This document shows, piece after piece, positions 44,763 to 54,617 of a stretch of 64,000 bases of DNA. This DNA comes from a bacterium. Its GTDB lineage: Bacteria; Bacillota_I; Bacilli_A; RFN20; CAG-826. The DNA is taken from NCBI GenBank assembly GCA_963611815.1, contig CAVDSY010000022.1, positions 93,539-157,538 of the forward strand. Reading direction: 5' to 3'. Within the stretch, counting starts at the first letter, position 1. Every line of letters starts with the position of its first letter. A program made the translations under genes and the position numbers. Below the pieces are notes generated by a model that did not search any database, was not told the DNA's origin, and saw nothing but the letters and a program-made list of their open reading frames with translations.

Positions 44763-46616
44763 ATGAACAAAATCGACATCAAAGGCGTAATCGAAGCCGC
44801 CAAAACCATCTCCGCCAACAAAGGCATCTCGGAAGAGGACGTCATCTACGCGCTTTCCGAGGCCGTCAAAGCCGCCTATATCCGCAACCTCGGCGGCGGA
44901 ACCAAAGACATGCCCGACCCAATCGTCACCTGCGACATTGACCTTGAGGACAAAGAGAGCCCCATCAAGCTCGCTCAGGTCAAGACCGTCCGCGATGAGG
45001 TTGAGGACGATATGCTTGAAATCGAGACCGAAGAAGCCAACGAAGGGCTCGATGAACCCAAGTACAAAGATGGCGACGAATACGTCATCCCGGCGACATT
45101 CGAGGAACTCTCCAAAGCCTTCACAAACGGGGTCAAGAACTCCTTCCGCCAGAAGCTCGCCGAGGCTGAGAGAAGCGCCCTTTACGAAATCTACAAAGAC
45201 CGCATCGGCGACATGGTGACCGGCATCGTCGAAAGGGCCGACGACAGAGGCGTCTCCGTCAACATCGGGCGCACGACGATCGAACTCGGCAGGCGCGAGC
45301 TGATCGGCGATGAGTACTTCCGCTCCGGCGACCCCATCAAGGTCTACATCCAGAAAGTCGAGACGGCCGCCCCCATCGAGCCCGGCAAGAAGCCCCGCGG
45401 CCCGCAGATCGAGGCCACCCGCTCCAGCGAAGGCTTCCTCAAGAGGCTCTTCGAGGAGGAGATCCATGAGATCTATGACGGCACCGTCCTCATCAAGGCC
45501 GTTGCCCGCAAGGCCGGCGTGCGCAGCAAAGTCGCCGTCGCCTCCACCAACGAAGACGTCGACCCGACCGGCGCTTGCATCGGCCAGGGCGGCGCGCGCA
45601 TCCAGAAGATTGTCAGCCAGCTCGGCAACGGGAAGGCCAAAGAGAAGATCGACGTTATCCCCTATAGCGATCTCCTTCCTCTCTTCGTCGCCGAATCCTG
45701 CCGCCCCGCCCAGGTTTTGGGCGTCAATCTCAGCGAGCCAGACGAATACGGGAAGCGCCGCGCTTTCGCCATCATCCACGACGATGACACCGCCCTTGCC
45801 ATGGGCAAATACCGTTCCAACATTGACCTCGCCCGCAAGCTGACCGGGGTCAACATCGAGTTCCTCGAGGAAAGCAAAGCCATCGAGAAGAACATCGAAT
45901 ACACCCCGATTGAGACCCTTCGCGAGCGCGCCGAAGAACTCAGGAAGGCCAAAGCCAAAGAGGATTATCTCAGGAAGACCCAGGAAGACGCCGCCAGGAG
46001 AGCCGCCGAAGAGGAGGCCGCCCGCCGTCGCCTGGAGGAAGAGAACCTCGCCAGACTCAAAGAAGAGGAAGCCAAGAAAGAGGCGGCCAAAGAAGAAGCC
46101 AAGAAGTCCTTGGTTGAGCCCATCACCCCGATGGAGGCGCCCAAAACCGGCGCCCGCCCGGAGGAATTCCCCGCCGAGGCCGTCAACCCCGCGGCCGCCG
46201 CTTTGGCCGCGCTCAAATCCAGCGCCGCCAAGCCTGACTCGGCCGCGGAAGAGACTTTCACTGCCGAAGCCGTTTCGGAGGTCGTCGCCCCTGTCTCGGC
46301 TCCGGTGATCGATGAGAAGAAGGAAGTCACGACAACGACCACCCTTTCTGACCTTGAAGCCCAGCTTGAAGCCTCGAAAGAGAAAAAGACCCGCCCGGCG
46401 AAGAAAGGCCGCCCGCACAAGATCACCGAAGAGGAAGTCAAGCGCGAGGTCGTCAAACCCTCCGCCAACGACAACGCGATGCCCGTCTATACCGAAGAGG
46501 AGCTCGCCCGCATCGAAGAAGAGGAAGCAGACAGCTTCGACGGGGAAATCGAGACCGACGAGGACATCGACCAGGATTACGCCGACTACGATCAGTATTA
46601 CGACGACGAGAAATAA
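44763..46616 (+). CDS. nusA: transcription termination/antitermination factor NusA with a roughly 240-aa low-complexity acidic/Lys/Ala-rich C-terminal extension
   Basis: 617 aa. The N-terminal domain, the S1 domain (GDMVTGIVERADDRGVSVNIG) and two KH domains (GACIGQGGARIQ) are present. The sequence is low complexity from about residue 375. Confidence 0.92.
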   Translation: MNKIDIKGVIEAAKTISANKGISEEDVIYALSEAVKAAYIRNLGGGTKDMPDPIVTCDIDLEDKESPIKLAQVKTVRDEVEDDMLEIETEEANEGLDEPKYKDGDEYVIPATFEELSKAFTNGVKNSFRQKLAEAERSALYEIYKDRIGDMVTGIVERADDRGVSVNIGRTTIELGRRELIGDEYFRSGDPIKVYIQKVETAAPIEPGKKPRGPQIEATRSSEGFLKRLFEEEIHEIYDGTVLIKAVARKAGVRSKVAVASTNEDVDPTGACIGQGGARIQKIVSQLGNGKAKEKIDVIPYSDLLPLFVAESCRPAQVLGVNLSEPDEYGKRRAFAIIHDDDTALAMGKYRSNIDLARKLTGVNIEFLEESKAIEKNIEYTPIETLRERAEELRKAKAKEDYLRKTQEDAARRAAEEEAARRRLEEENLARLKEEEAKKEAAKEEAKKSLVEPITPMEAPKTGARPEEFPAEAVNPAAAALAALKSSAAKPDSAAEETFTAEAVSEVVAPVSAPVIDEKKEVTTTTTLSDLEAQLEASKEKKTRPAKKGRPHKITEEEVKREVVKPSANDNAMPVYTEEELARIEEEEADSFDGEIETDEDIDQDYADYDQYYDDEK

Positions 46617-46618
46617 AT

Positions 46619-46867
46619 ATGAGAAGAGAAAACGGGCGAATGGACATGCTGACCAGGAAGAGCTATCCCAAAAAGGAGCTCTTCCGGCTCGTTTTCTCCT
46701 CGAATGGCTTGCTTTTGGAAGGGAAGAACCCACTCAACGGCAGGGGTGTCTACCTTTATAAAAGCAAGGAAAGCATCGCCGAGGCGAGAAGAAGGAAACT
46801 CTTAGAGAAAAGATTCCGCCTCGCTGACTGCGAAGAAATCTACAAAGCGATGGAGGAAAGGCTATGA
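46619..46867 (+). CDS. ylxR: YlxR (DUF448) RNA-binding protein
   Basis: 82 aa at the conserved position after nusA. The KKELFRLV...GRGVYLYKSKESI blocks are present. Confidence 0.8.
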   Translation: MRRENGRMDMLTRKSYPKKELFRLVFSSNGLLLEGKNPLNGRGVYLYKSKESIAEARRRKLLEKRFRLADCEEIYKAMEERL

Positions 46868-47160
46868 AAGAGAAAGCGCTGAGCTTCCTTGGCATCCTCA
46901 ACAGAGGGAACGCCACTCTCATCGGGGCGAGCTTGCTGCACGCCAGAAAGCTCTGCCTCGTCCTCATCGCCTCCGATTGCTCGCCCAATACGGAGAAGGA
47001 AATCCGCTCGGCGGCAAACAAGTTCTCCTGCCCCGTCTTAGAGGGCGCGAGCAAGGAAGAGTTGGGGAAGGCCTTAGGATACGAAAGCCTTTCAGGCGTG
47101 GGAGTCACCTTGCCCAAAGCCGCGAAGGCCCTAATTGAAAAATGGAACGCAAAGGAGTGA
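46864..47160 (+). CDS. ylxQ: L7Ae-family ribosomal-protein-like YlxQ
   Basis: 98 aa, between ylxR and infB. GILNRGNATLIG...LVLIASDCSPNT is typical of the L7Ae/YlxQ family. Confidence 0.8.
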   Translation: MKEKALSFLGILNRGNATLIGASLLHARKLCLVLIASDCSPNTEKEIRSAANKFSCPVLEGASKEELGKALGYESLSGVGVTLPKAAKALIEKWNAKE

Positions 47161-47167
47161 ATAGAAT

Positions 47168-49021
47168 ATGAAGAAACAGAATTTCCAGAAAAAGAAGAGC
47201 GACAATCATCCCAAGAGGGTCTCCAACTTCTCTGATCGCCCTGGCAACAAGAAACAGGATTACGCGAAAGTGAACGGGGGAGTCTTCGTCTATTCAAAGC
47301 CCCTCAGCGTCGCTGAGCTCTCCAAAGCCATCAACATCCCCGTCCCGAACATCATCAAATTCCTTTTCCTTCAAGGCAAAGCAGTCACCATCAACCAGAT
47401 GCTCGATGACGACACCATCGGCATGGTCTGCCTTGAGTTCAATTACGATTTCAAGAAGGAAGCGGCGGTGGACGCCACCCATTTCGAGGACATCGAGATG
47501 AAGGACGACCCTGCCGATCTTGAACCTCGACCGGCTGTCGTTACCATCATGGGGCACGTCGATCACGGCAAGACCACCCTCATCGACGCCATCCGCTCCT
47601 CGCACATCGTCGATACCGAGGCCGGGGGTATCTCCCAGGAGATCGGCGCCTACCAAAAAGAGGTCCATGGCCAGAAAATCACCTTCATCGACACTCCAGG
47701 GCACGCCGCCTTCACAGCCATGAGGGCGCGCGGAGCCTCCGTCACTGACCTGGTCGTTTTGGTCGTCGCCGCAGATGACGGCGTCATGCCCCAGACTCTG
47801 GAGGCCATCGACCATGCCAAAGCCGCCGACTCGCCGATCATCGTGGCCATCAACAAGATGGACAAAGCCGGGGCCAATCCGCGCAAAGTCAAGGAGCAGC
47901 TTATGACCCATGACGTCATCGCCGAGGATTACGGCGGAGACGTCATGACCTGTGAGATCTCCGCCAAAAAAGGCATGGGCATCGACGATTTGCTCGACAT
48001 GATCCTCCTCAAGGCCGAGATGATGGAGCTCAAGGCAAACCCCAAACGTTACGCTAGCGGCACCGTGCTTGAGGCGAGTTTAGACAAAGGGGAAGGCCCG
48101 AAAGCCACCCTCCTCGTCCAAAACGGCACCCTCACCAACAGCGACTACGTCGTCGTCGGAGAAATATACGGCAAGGTCCGCCGCATGACCAACGAATACA
48201 AGAAGATTCTGAAAAGCGCCGGGCCGAGCTGCCCAGTCTCCGTCATCGGGCTTTCCGGCGTTCCTAGCGCGGGCGATCGCTTCATGGCTTTCCCCACGGA
48301 GAAAGAAGCTAAGGAAATTGCCTCCAAGCGCGCCCTTGAGAAGCAGCAGAACAGCCGCATGGGCAGCAGCGCCATGTCGCTTGACGATCTCAATAACCTC
48401 ATCAACGCCGGCAAAGTCAAAGACATCAACGTCATCGTCAAAGCCGATACCGACGGTACCGCCGAAGCCCTCAAGGCCAACCTCGAGAAACTCAGCAACG
48501 AGCAGGTGAAAGTCCATGTTCTTAGCGCCTCCAGCGGCGCCATCAGCGACTCCGACGTCTTGCTCGCCGAGGCTTCGCACGCCATCATCTTCGGCTTCAA
48601 CGTCCGCCCCGATGCACGCGTCAAGCAGAAAGCCGAGGAGGCCCACGTCGAAATCCGCCTCCATAAGATAATCTACGAGCTGCTCGACGAGATGGAAGCG
48701 GCCATGAAAGGCATGATAAGCGTAGAGAAAGTCGAATCCGTCACCGGCCAGGCCGAGGTCAGGCACATCTTCAAGATCACCCATGTCGGCACCGTCGCCG
48801 GCAGCTATGTGATCGACGGCGAGCTTAAAGTCAAGTCGAAGGCGCGTCTCATCCGCGATGGCGTCGTCATCTATGATGGCGAAATCGCTTCCTTGCAGCA
48901 TGGCAAAGACGCGGTCAAAGACATCAAGTCCGGCTATGAATGCGGCCTCACGATCGCCGGGTACAACGATCTCAAGGTCGGCGACATCGTCGAAGGCTAT
49001 GAGATGGTGGAGAAGCAATAA
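47168..49021 (+). CDS. infB: translation initiation factor IF-2 (short N-terminal region)
   Basis: 617 aa. G-domain motifs are [14 protein letters not shown] and NKMD. Confidence 0.95.
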   Translation: MKKQNFQKKKSDNHPKRVSNFSDRPGNKKQDYAKVNGGVFVYSKPLSVAELSKAINIPVPNIIKFLFLQGKAVTINQMLDDDTIGMVCLEFNYDFKKEAAVDATHFEDIEMKDDPADLEPRPAVVTIMGHVDHGKTTLIDAIRSSHIVDTEAGGISQEIGAYQKEVHGQKITFIDTPGHAAFTAMRARGASVTDLVVLVVAADDGVMPQTLEAIDHAKAADSPIIVAINKMDKAGANPRKVKEQLMTHDVIAEDYGGDVMTCEISAKKGMGIDDLLDMILLKAEMMELKANPKRYASGTVLEASLDKGEGPKATLLVQNGTLTNSDYVVVGEIYGKVRRMTNEYKKILKSAGPSCPVSVIGLSGVPSAGDRFMAFPTEKEAKEIASKRALEKQQNSRMGSSAMSLDDLNNLINAGKVKDINVIVKADTDGTAEALKANLEKLSNEQVKVHVLSASSGAISDSDVLLAEASHAIIFGFNVRPDARVKQKAEEAHVEIRLHKIIYELLDEMEAAMKGMISVEKVESVTGQAEVRHIFKITHVGTVAGSYVIDGELKVKSKARLIRDGVVIYDGEIASLQHGKDAVKDIKSGYECGLTIAGYNDLKVGDIVEGYEMVEKQ

Positions 49022-49023
49022 GC

Positions 49024-49389
49024 ATGGCCTTCCGTCCCGGGCGCATCAAAGCCCTCATCGAAAAGAACATCATGGACATCGTCCGCGGGGAGATAAAAGA
49101 CCCCAAGATAGGGATGGTGTCCGTTAATGAAGTCGCGGTGAACCGCGATTGCAGCGAAGTCAAGGTCTACGTCACCTTCTTCAATGCGAAATACCCCCAT
49201 CAGTCCTTCGAATCCCTCAAGAAAAAGGAAGGCTACGTAAGGAGCAGCCTCGCGAGCAAGATGGATTTGTACAAAGTGCCCAAGGTCATCTTTGTCTATG
49301 ATGAGTCCTTCGAGCGCGCCGATCGCATCGAGAAAGCCCTCAAGAAAGAGGAAGAAGACCTCAAAACGCTTGAGGAAAACAAAAAATAA
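49024..49389 (+). CDS. rbfA: ribosome-binding factor A
   Basis: 121 aa at the conserved position. It contains the DPKIGMVSVNEVAVNRDCSEVKVYV block. Confidence 0.9.
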   Translation: MAFRPGRIKALIEKNIMDIVRGEIKDPKIGMVSVNEVAVNRDCSEVKVYVTFFNAKYPHQSFESLKKKEGYVRSSLASKMDLYKVPKVIFVYDESFERADRIEKALKKEEEDLKTLEENKK

Positions 49390-49404
49390 GGCATTTTTGC
49401 AGGG

Positions 49405-49437
49405 AAAAGCCAACTCATAACGGGTTGGCTTTTATCT
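49405..49437. terminator. bidirectional intrinsic terminator between rbfA and the convergent PP-loop-like gene
   Basis: 10-bp stem AAAAGCCAAC / GTTGGCTTTT with a 9-nt loop. T-rich tails are present on both strands. Confidence 0.8.
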
Positions 49438-49459
49438 TGGCTTAGCGCTTTCTGCGGGC

Positions 49460-50419
49460 TTACCAGAACTTTTTGACGTAAGCATCGCCGATTAGCTTCC
49501 AAGACGAATCGAAGTTAAAATCCTCGGAGACGTCAATGCAAAATTGCAGAGGCAGCTTTTTTCTCTTCTTCCAATAGGCGAAGAAAGAGGAAAGGATCTT
49601 CGCCTTTTCAACTTCGTCGGTGAAATAGAAAGAGGAGAGAAGAAAGCGGTGGGCGTCGAGCTCAGACACCTTGAATGATGCCATCTCAATTCCGAAACGA
49701 TCTTTTATTTCGATTTCCCCATTCTCCCCCTTTTCGAAATAAAGCTCGGGGTAATCAGCGAGGATCTCCCTCTTGCTCAGCGAAGGAAGATTGGGCGAGG
49801 ATTCCCCATAGCACGTGGCTTTTAGGAAAGAATCCTTTTCGTTTTTCGATAAAGGCGACTCTCTTACCTGCCCGCAGGCGCTTATCCCAAGCTCTTCTTC
49901 CCCTTTTTTCATCTTCTCCTCGTCGAATGAGAAAAGCGGCCGGATGAAAGAACAATTGTTGGATGCGAGGGAATAAGGAAGGTAGGAATTGATCTTCCCT
50001 AAGCGCAGAAGGTTGTCCTCGTAATGGAAAAAGAAGTCTTCGAAGGATGTTGGCAAGGCGATTATGGAACAGCCGTGGGCTGATGCTTCGTTGGCGTAGG
50101 CTAGCCTTTTGAGTTTAGAGACGTATGACTCGTAACTCCTTGAGGCGAGCTCTCTGGCCAATCTCTCCTGCTCGATCTCCAAATGCTCCAGCAAAGGAAA
50201 CCCCGAGATTGCCTCATCGCTTTCCTCAAAGCGGAAGCAGACGGGAATCAGCTCAAAGTCTTTCTGGGCGTATAGGGCGTAACGTTTTAGGCATTCGTAA
50301 AGGAAAAGCGAATGGTCATTTTTGGAAATAGGGATGAGGATTCTTGCGCTTTTTGGGATGAGGAAAAAGGTCTCGTCGTTCTTTTTGATGCAGGATAATG
50401 CCTCGCGCGTTTCTTTCAT
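49460..50419 (-). CDS. PP-loop (N-type ATP pyrophosphatase, TilS/TtcA-like) fold protein with a degenerate P-loop; function unknown
   Basis: - 319 aa from ATG 50419 (MKETREAL).
- ARILIPISKNDHSLFLYECL occupies the place of (V/I)xxSGGxDSxxLL, with SGGxDS replaced by SKNDHS.
- IIALPTSFEDF and SFIRPLF resemble the conserved (A/T)GH..DD and (L/I)IRPL blocks.
- It lies on the opposite strand, between rbfA and truB. Confidence 0.4.
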   Translation of the reverse strand: MKETREALSCIKKNDETFFLIPKSARILIPISKNDHSLFLYECLKRYALYAQKDFELIPVCFRFEESDEAISGFPLLEHLEIEQERLARELASRSYESYVSKLKRLAYANEASAHGCSIIALPTSFEDFFFHYEDNLLRLGKINSYLPYSLASNNCSFIRPLFSFDEEKMKKGEEELGISACGQVRESPLSKNEKDSFLKATCYGESSPNLPSLSKREILADYPELYFEKGENGEIEIKDRFGIEMASFKVSELDAHRFLLSSFYFTDEVEKAKILSSFFAYWKKRKKLPLQFCIDVSEDFNFDSSWKLIGDAYVKKFW

Positions 50420-50447
50420 ATGCAAAGAAAGTATAATCCCATTTGAT

Positions 50448-51293
50448 ATGAAAGACGGGATTCTTTTGCTCGACAAAGAGGCTGGGATGACCTCGCGAAA
50501 AGTGGACAATCTCATCGCGAAGAGATTCCTCAGCAAGAAAGTCGGGCACCTCGGCACGCTCGACCCTTTCGCGACCGGCCTCTTAATCGTGGCTGTGGGA
50601 AAAGCGACTAAATTTCTTCCTTATATAGATTCGTCCTTCAAGACGTATGAAGCCAAGCTGATTCTCGGCAAGAAAACCGATACAGGCGATCTCAGCGGAA
50701 CAATCATCGAAGAGAAAGACGTCCCTCAAATCGATGAAAAGCAAATCGAAAGGGTTTTTGCGTCGTTTTTGGGCGTTTCGTATCAGCTTCCTCCGATGAC
50801 TTCGGCCATAAAAATCGACGGCACGCCCTTATATAAGCTCGCTCACAAAGGCGAAACAAAAGACAGAGAAAAGCGTCGCATCGAAATCAAGGAGCTTGTC
50901 TGTTTGGGCTTCGACGAAGATTATTTGCGTTTCAAAGCCACGGTCAGCAGCGGAACCTACGTTCGCACGCTGGGCGAAGACATCGCCGAGCGATTTGGGG
51001 CGGTCGGGTATCTAGAAAGCCTTCGCCGAACCTATATAGGCGAAACATCTGTCGCTGAAGCCAAGCGCCTTGATGAACTGAGCGAAAGCGATTTCCTGCC
51101 GCCTTCTTCTTTCGTGAGCCTTCCCAAAATAGTGGTCGATGAGGAAAAGGTTCCCGACATCAAAAACGGAAAGCCGATCGTTCTCCCTGATCTTGCTTAC
51201 GATCAAGTCGCTTTGATGCATGGAGGAGAGGCCATCGCTATTTACGAGCGCGACATCGACATGACATTCAAAAGCAAAAGGGGCCTTTTCTGA
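50448..51293 (+). CDS. truB: tRNA pseudouridine-55 synthase
   Basis: The start is MKDGILLLDKEAGMTS and the catalytic block is GHLGTLDPFATG. The upstream 42 codons in the ORF track are rejected. TATAAT at 50432-50437 lies 10 nt before the ATG, and there is no SD. Confidence 0.9.
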   Translation: MKDGILLLDKEAGMTSRKVDNLIAKRFLSKKVGHLGTLDPFATGLLIVAVGKATKFLPYIDSSFKTYEAKLILGKKTDTGDLSGTIIEEKDVPQIDEKQIERVFASFLGVSYQLPPMTSAIKIDGTPLYKLAHKGETKDREKRRIEIKELVCLGFDEDYLRFKATVSSGTYVRTLGEDIAERFGAVGYLESLRRTYIGETSVAEAKRLDELSESDFLPPSSFVSLPKIVVDEEKVPDIKNGKPIVLPDLAYDQVALMHGGEAIAIYERDIDMTFKSKRGLF

Positions 51294-51294
51294 A

Positions 51295-52182
51295 ATGGAT
51301 AAGATCTTTTTCTCGCTTGATAATCTGCCGGAGAAAAAAGAAGGGCTAACCCTTGCTTTAGGCAACTTCGACGGCTTTCATCTCGGCCATCAAAGCATCG
51401 CCAACGAAACAAGGCTGCATGCAATCGGTCCATCCGGCATACTCTTTTTCAAGGAACCATATAGCGATGGCCCCCTTTTAAGCGATCTCGAAGATAAAAT
51501 TCGTTTTTCCTTTCCTTGCGGCCTTGATTGCGCTTATTGCCTTGAAAATGACCGCTCCTTCTATGAACTCAATCCTTCCTCGTTTATGGATATGCTTGAA
51601 AAACTCGGGGCGGAAAAAATAGTCTGCGGGCCAGATTTCAGTTTCGGAAAGGACCGCCTGGGCAATCCGGCTTTGCTGAAAACGCGTTTCGATGTCGAAG
51701 TGATTCCCTTCCTTCTAGACGGGGCCGGGGCGAAGATATCTTCGAGCGCCATCAAGAAAGAGATTGCGGAAGGGGACCTCTCCAAAGCGAATAGGGATCT
51801 TGGGCGCAATTATGAGACGAAGGGGACCATCGTCCATGGTCTTGAGAATGGGCGGAGGATCGGCTTCCCCACATTGAATCTTGAACCTTCGGGGAATTAC
51901 GTCATACCGAAAAACGGCGTCTACGCCGGCATTGCATACCTAAGCGGCATCCCTTACAAAGCCATGATCAACGTCGGCACCAATCCTACTATCGGAACCA
52001 GGGAAAAGGCGATAGAAGAGGCGCACCTGTTTGGCTATAAGGGCGACGCCTATGGGAAAAGAGCCTACTTCCAATATCTTTCCTATCTTAGGGAAGAGAG
52101 GAAATTCGCCTCTTTGGACGAACTTAAGAAACAACTGGAATCCGACAAAGAGAAGACGCTTGCCTTCTTTGAGAGGCCTTGA
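51295..52182 (+). CDS. ribF: bifunctional riboflavin kinase / FAD synthetase
   Basis: 295 aa. The adenylyltransferase motif is in LGNFDGFHLGHQ. The riboflavin kinase block is GRRIGFPTLNL. Confidence 0.9.
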   Translation: MDKIFFSLDNLPEKKEGLTLALGNFDGFHLGHQSIANETRLHAIGPSGILFFKEPYSDGPLLSDLEDKIRFSFPCGLDCAYCLENDRSFYELNPSSFMDMLEKLGAEKIVCGPDFSFGKDRLGNPALLKTRFDVEVIPFLLDGAGAKISSSAIKKEIAEGDLSKANRDLGRNYETKGTIVHGLENGRRIGFPTLNLEPSGNYVIPKNGVYAGIAYLSGIPYKAMINVGTNPTIGTREKAIEEAHLFGYKGDAYGKRAYFQYLSYLREERKFASLDELKKQLESDKEKTLAFFERP

Positions 52183-52208
52183 AAAAACCACCCCGGAGGG
52201 TGGTTTCG
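52183..52208. terminator. bidirectional intrinsic terminator between the convergent ribF and typA
   Basis: 9-bp stem AAACCACCC-CGGA-GGGTGGTTT, flanked by an A-run and a T-run. Confidence 0.85.
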
Positions 52209-54059
52209 TCAATAATTGAGCTCAGCGGAAAGTTCGCTTCCTGCGTCTTTCTTTTTGGCGTCGAATTTCTTGCGGTCAGGAGTGCTGAGGATTCTTTTCC
52301 TCATGCGGATGGCGTCGGGAGTGACTTCGACCAGCTCATCCGAATTGATGTAATCCAAACAAGCTTCCAGCGTCATCTTACGTGGGCTCTTGAGCACGAC
52401 GGTCTGATCCTTATTGGAGGAACGAACGTTGGTCTGAGGCTTGGCGGCGGTGACGTTGACCGCAAGGTCGACGGGGTAACGGTGCTCGCCGACGATCATG
52501 CCTTCGTAGCAAGTGGTGCCAGGAAGGATGAACATAGTCCCGTGGTCCTCGACTTTCTCGATTGAGTAAGGAGTGGCAGGGCCTTTGTCCACGGAGACGA
52601 GGACGCCGATCGTGCGCTCGCCGACAACGTGGTTATAAACCGGGCGGTATTCTTTGAAAGTGTGGTTGATGATGCCGTAGCCTTTCGTCAAGGTAAGGAA
52701 GTTGTTGACGAATCCGAGCAAACCGCGGGAGGGGATGACGTAGGTGAGGCGGGTCTCGCCGTTGTTGCTGCTCATGTCGATCATCTGGGCGCCCCTTTGA
52801 CCCAAGGTGTCCATGATGTCGCCGACATACTCGTCAGGAACGTCGATTTGAAGGTCCTCGTAAGGCTCGCATTTGACCCCGTCGATGTCTTTGAGGATGA
52901 CGCGCGGCTTGCTGACCTCCAGCTCATATCCCTCGCGCCTCATGGTCTCGATGAGGACGGAAAGATGGAGCTCCCCACGCCCGGAGACGATCCAGGTCTC
53001 GGAATTGGGGATGCGGCGATAGCGCAAGCTGACGTCGCGCTGAATCTCTTGGTAAAGGCGGTCTTCGATGACGCGCGCGGTGACGAATTTGCCGGACTGC
53101 CCGCGCAAAGGCGAGCTGTTCGTCCCGAACTCCATCTGGAGAGTCGGCTCATCGACGCGAAGACGCGGCAAGGCGTTCAAGTGGCCGGGGGTGACGACGG
53201 TCTCGCCGACGTTGAGGTCGGGATACCCGGCGATGGCGCAGATGTCTCCGCATTCCACGTGGGGCACTTCGATGCGGCGGAGCCCCTGGAAAGTGAAGAG
53301 TTTCATGATTTTGAAGTCCTTGGTGGTGCCGTCGAGCTTCATGTCGGTCACTGTGTCGCCTAAGGACAATGAGCCAGAGCGGATGGTTCCAACGCCGATC
53401 CTGCCGACGAACTCGTTGTAGTCAAGCAGGGCTGGTTGAAACTGAAGGGCCCCTTCCGGGTTGCATTGAGGCTCCGGGATCTCTTTGAGGATGGTCTCGA
53501 AAACCGGGTCCATTCCATCTTTCTGGGCGGAAGGGTCGGGGTCGTAAGAGGAGGTCATGTTAAGAGCGCTGGTATAGACGACAGGGAAATCGAGCAGATC
53601 GTCAGGGGCGCCGAGCTGAATGAAGAGATCAAGGACCTCATCTACCGCTTTCTGAGGATCGGCGTTGGGCCTGTCGACTTTGTTGACGACGACGATCGGC
53701 TTGATGTGAGCTTCGAGGGCGTTCTTCAAGACGAAACGCGTTTGGGGCATCGTGCCTTCGAAGGCATCGACTAGCAGCAAGCAGCCGTCGACCATGTGCA
53801 TGATGCGCTCGACCTCGCCGCCGAAGTCGGCGTGCCCAGGGGTGTCGACGATGTTGATTTTCGTGTCTTTGTAAGTGATGGCGGTGGTTTTGGCGAGGAT
53901 CGTGATGCCTCTTTCGTGCTCTAGGGGGTTGCTGTCGAGCATGCGGTCGTTAATCTGCTCGTTGGAGCGGAAAGTGCCGCTTTTGGCAAGAAGGGCGTTG
54001 ACCAAAGTGGTTTTGCCGTGGTCGACGTGAGCAATGATAGCGATGTTTCTCATTTTCAT
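52209..54059 (-). CDS. typA: translational GTPase TypA/BipA
   Basis: 616 aa. It has [29 protein letters not shown] and NKVDR. An AGGAGG SD lies 8 nt upstream. Confidence 0.95.
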   Translation of the reverse strand: MKMRNIAIIAHVDHGKTTLVNALLAKSGTFRSNEQINDRMLDSNPLEHERGITILAKTTAITYKDTKINIVDTPGHADFGGEVERIMHMVDGCLLLVDAFEGTMPQTRFVLKNALEAHIKPIVVVNKVDRPNADPQKAVDEVLDLFIQLGAPDDLLDFPVVYTSALNMTSSYDPDPSAQKDGMDPVFETILKEIPEPQCNPEGALQFQPALLDYNEFVGRIGVGTIRSGSLSLGDTVTDMKLDGTTKDFKIMKLFTFQGLRRIEVPHVECGDICAIAGYPDLNVGETVVTPGHLNALPRLRVDEPTLQMEFGTNSSPLRGQSGKFVTARVIEDRLYQEIQRDVSLRYRRIPNSETWIVSGRGELHLSVLIETMRREGYELEVSKPRVILKDIDGVKCEPYEDLQIDVPDEYVGDIMDTLGQRGAQMIDMSSNNGETRLTYVIPSRGLLGFVNNFLTLTKGYGIINHTFKEYRPVYNHVVGERTIGVLVSVDKGPATPYSIEKVEDHGTMFILPGTTCYEGMIVGEHRYPVDLAVNVTAAKPQTNVRSSNKDQTVVLKSPRKMTLEACLDYINSDELVEVTPDAIRMRKRILSTPDRKKFDAKKKDAGSELSAELNY

Positions 54060-54089
54060 AGGGAATGCCTCCTAAAAAAGCCGTTTGAA

Positions 54090-54118
54090 ATACTATCCTC
54101 CCGGGCACGCGCGTGCAA
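54090..54118 (-). promoter_or_regulatory. typA promoter: TTGCAC-17-TAGTAT (minus strand)
   Basis: Hexamers read on the reverse complement. The spacer contains the palindrome GCACGCGCGTGC. Confidence 0.6.
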
Positions 54119-54160
54119 GGAAATACTTGCCCTGGCTGTGGTGAAACCCTTTTCATGACG

Positions 54161-54190
54161 AAAAAGAAGAATGGGGGGCGCCCATTCTTC
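54161..54190 (-). terminator. strong intrinsic terminator (minus strand), about 430 nt downstream of the permease stop and just upstream of the typA promoter
   Basis: Minus strand: GAAGAATGGG-CGCCC-CCCATTCTTC (10-bp stem) followed by TTTTT. Confidence 0.8.
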
Positions 54191-54617
54191 GTTCGCGCCA
54201 GAGAAAGGACAAGAAAGGAGGATGTCGGGGTAATTGGCTGGCGCTGCACAAGGGATCGCCTCGTTGACGAGACGAAGCTAGAGACATGAATTGAATTCCT
54301 TGGGGAATGGAATTCAAGATGCCTTGTGTTGCCTTCATTATTCGGAAAGCACTTTTTCCAATCAATGCGTCATTTGGACTATTTGGCGCTTGGGCGATTC
54401 GATTAGGGGCTTGGAGGGGCCGCTTTTGGCTATTTCATGAAAAGAATGGGTTTTTGCGGCCGTTTTTTGGCAGAGAAATCTTTTTTTGCAAAGTCGGCAA
54501 TTGCAATGATGCATGCTTTCGTCTTGGCTGGCAATGCCGCAAAGGCAAGGGTTATGCTGCCTCTTTTTCGATCTTAACCGCCTCCGCTCTCTGTTGAAGG
54601 CTTCCTGCGATGCTTAA

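Noticed and set aside
44724-46733. 669-aa ORF on the minus strand, the longest antisense ORF in the window
   Set aside because: It lies entirely antisense to nusA/ylxR. Its product is low-complexity and Gly/Leu/Phe/Asp-rich. The frame is kept open by the GAR/GCC-rich codons of the NusA tail. There is no SD and no family resemblance.
54153-54597. ORFs 54153-54365 (-) and 54307-54597 (+) in the permease/typA gap
   Set aside because: The minus-strand ORF runs through the intrinsic terminator stem. The plus-strand ORF has no SD and is Phe/Gly/Cys/Arg-rich. Neither resembles a protein family.
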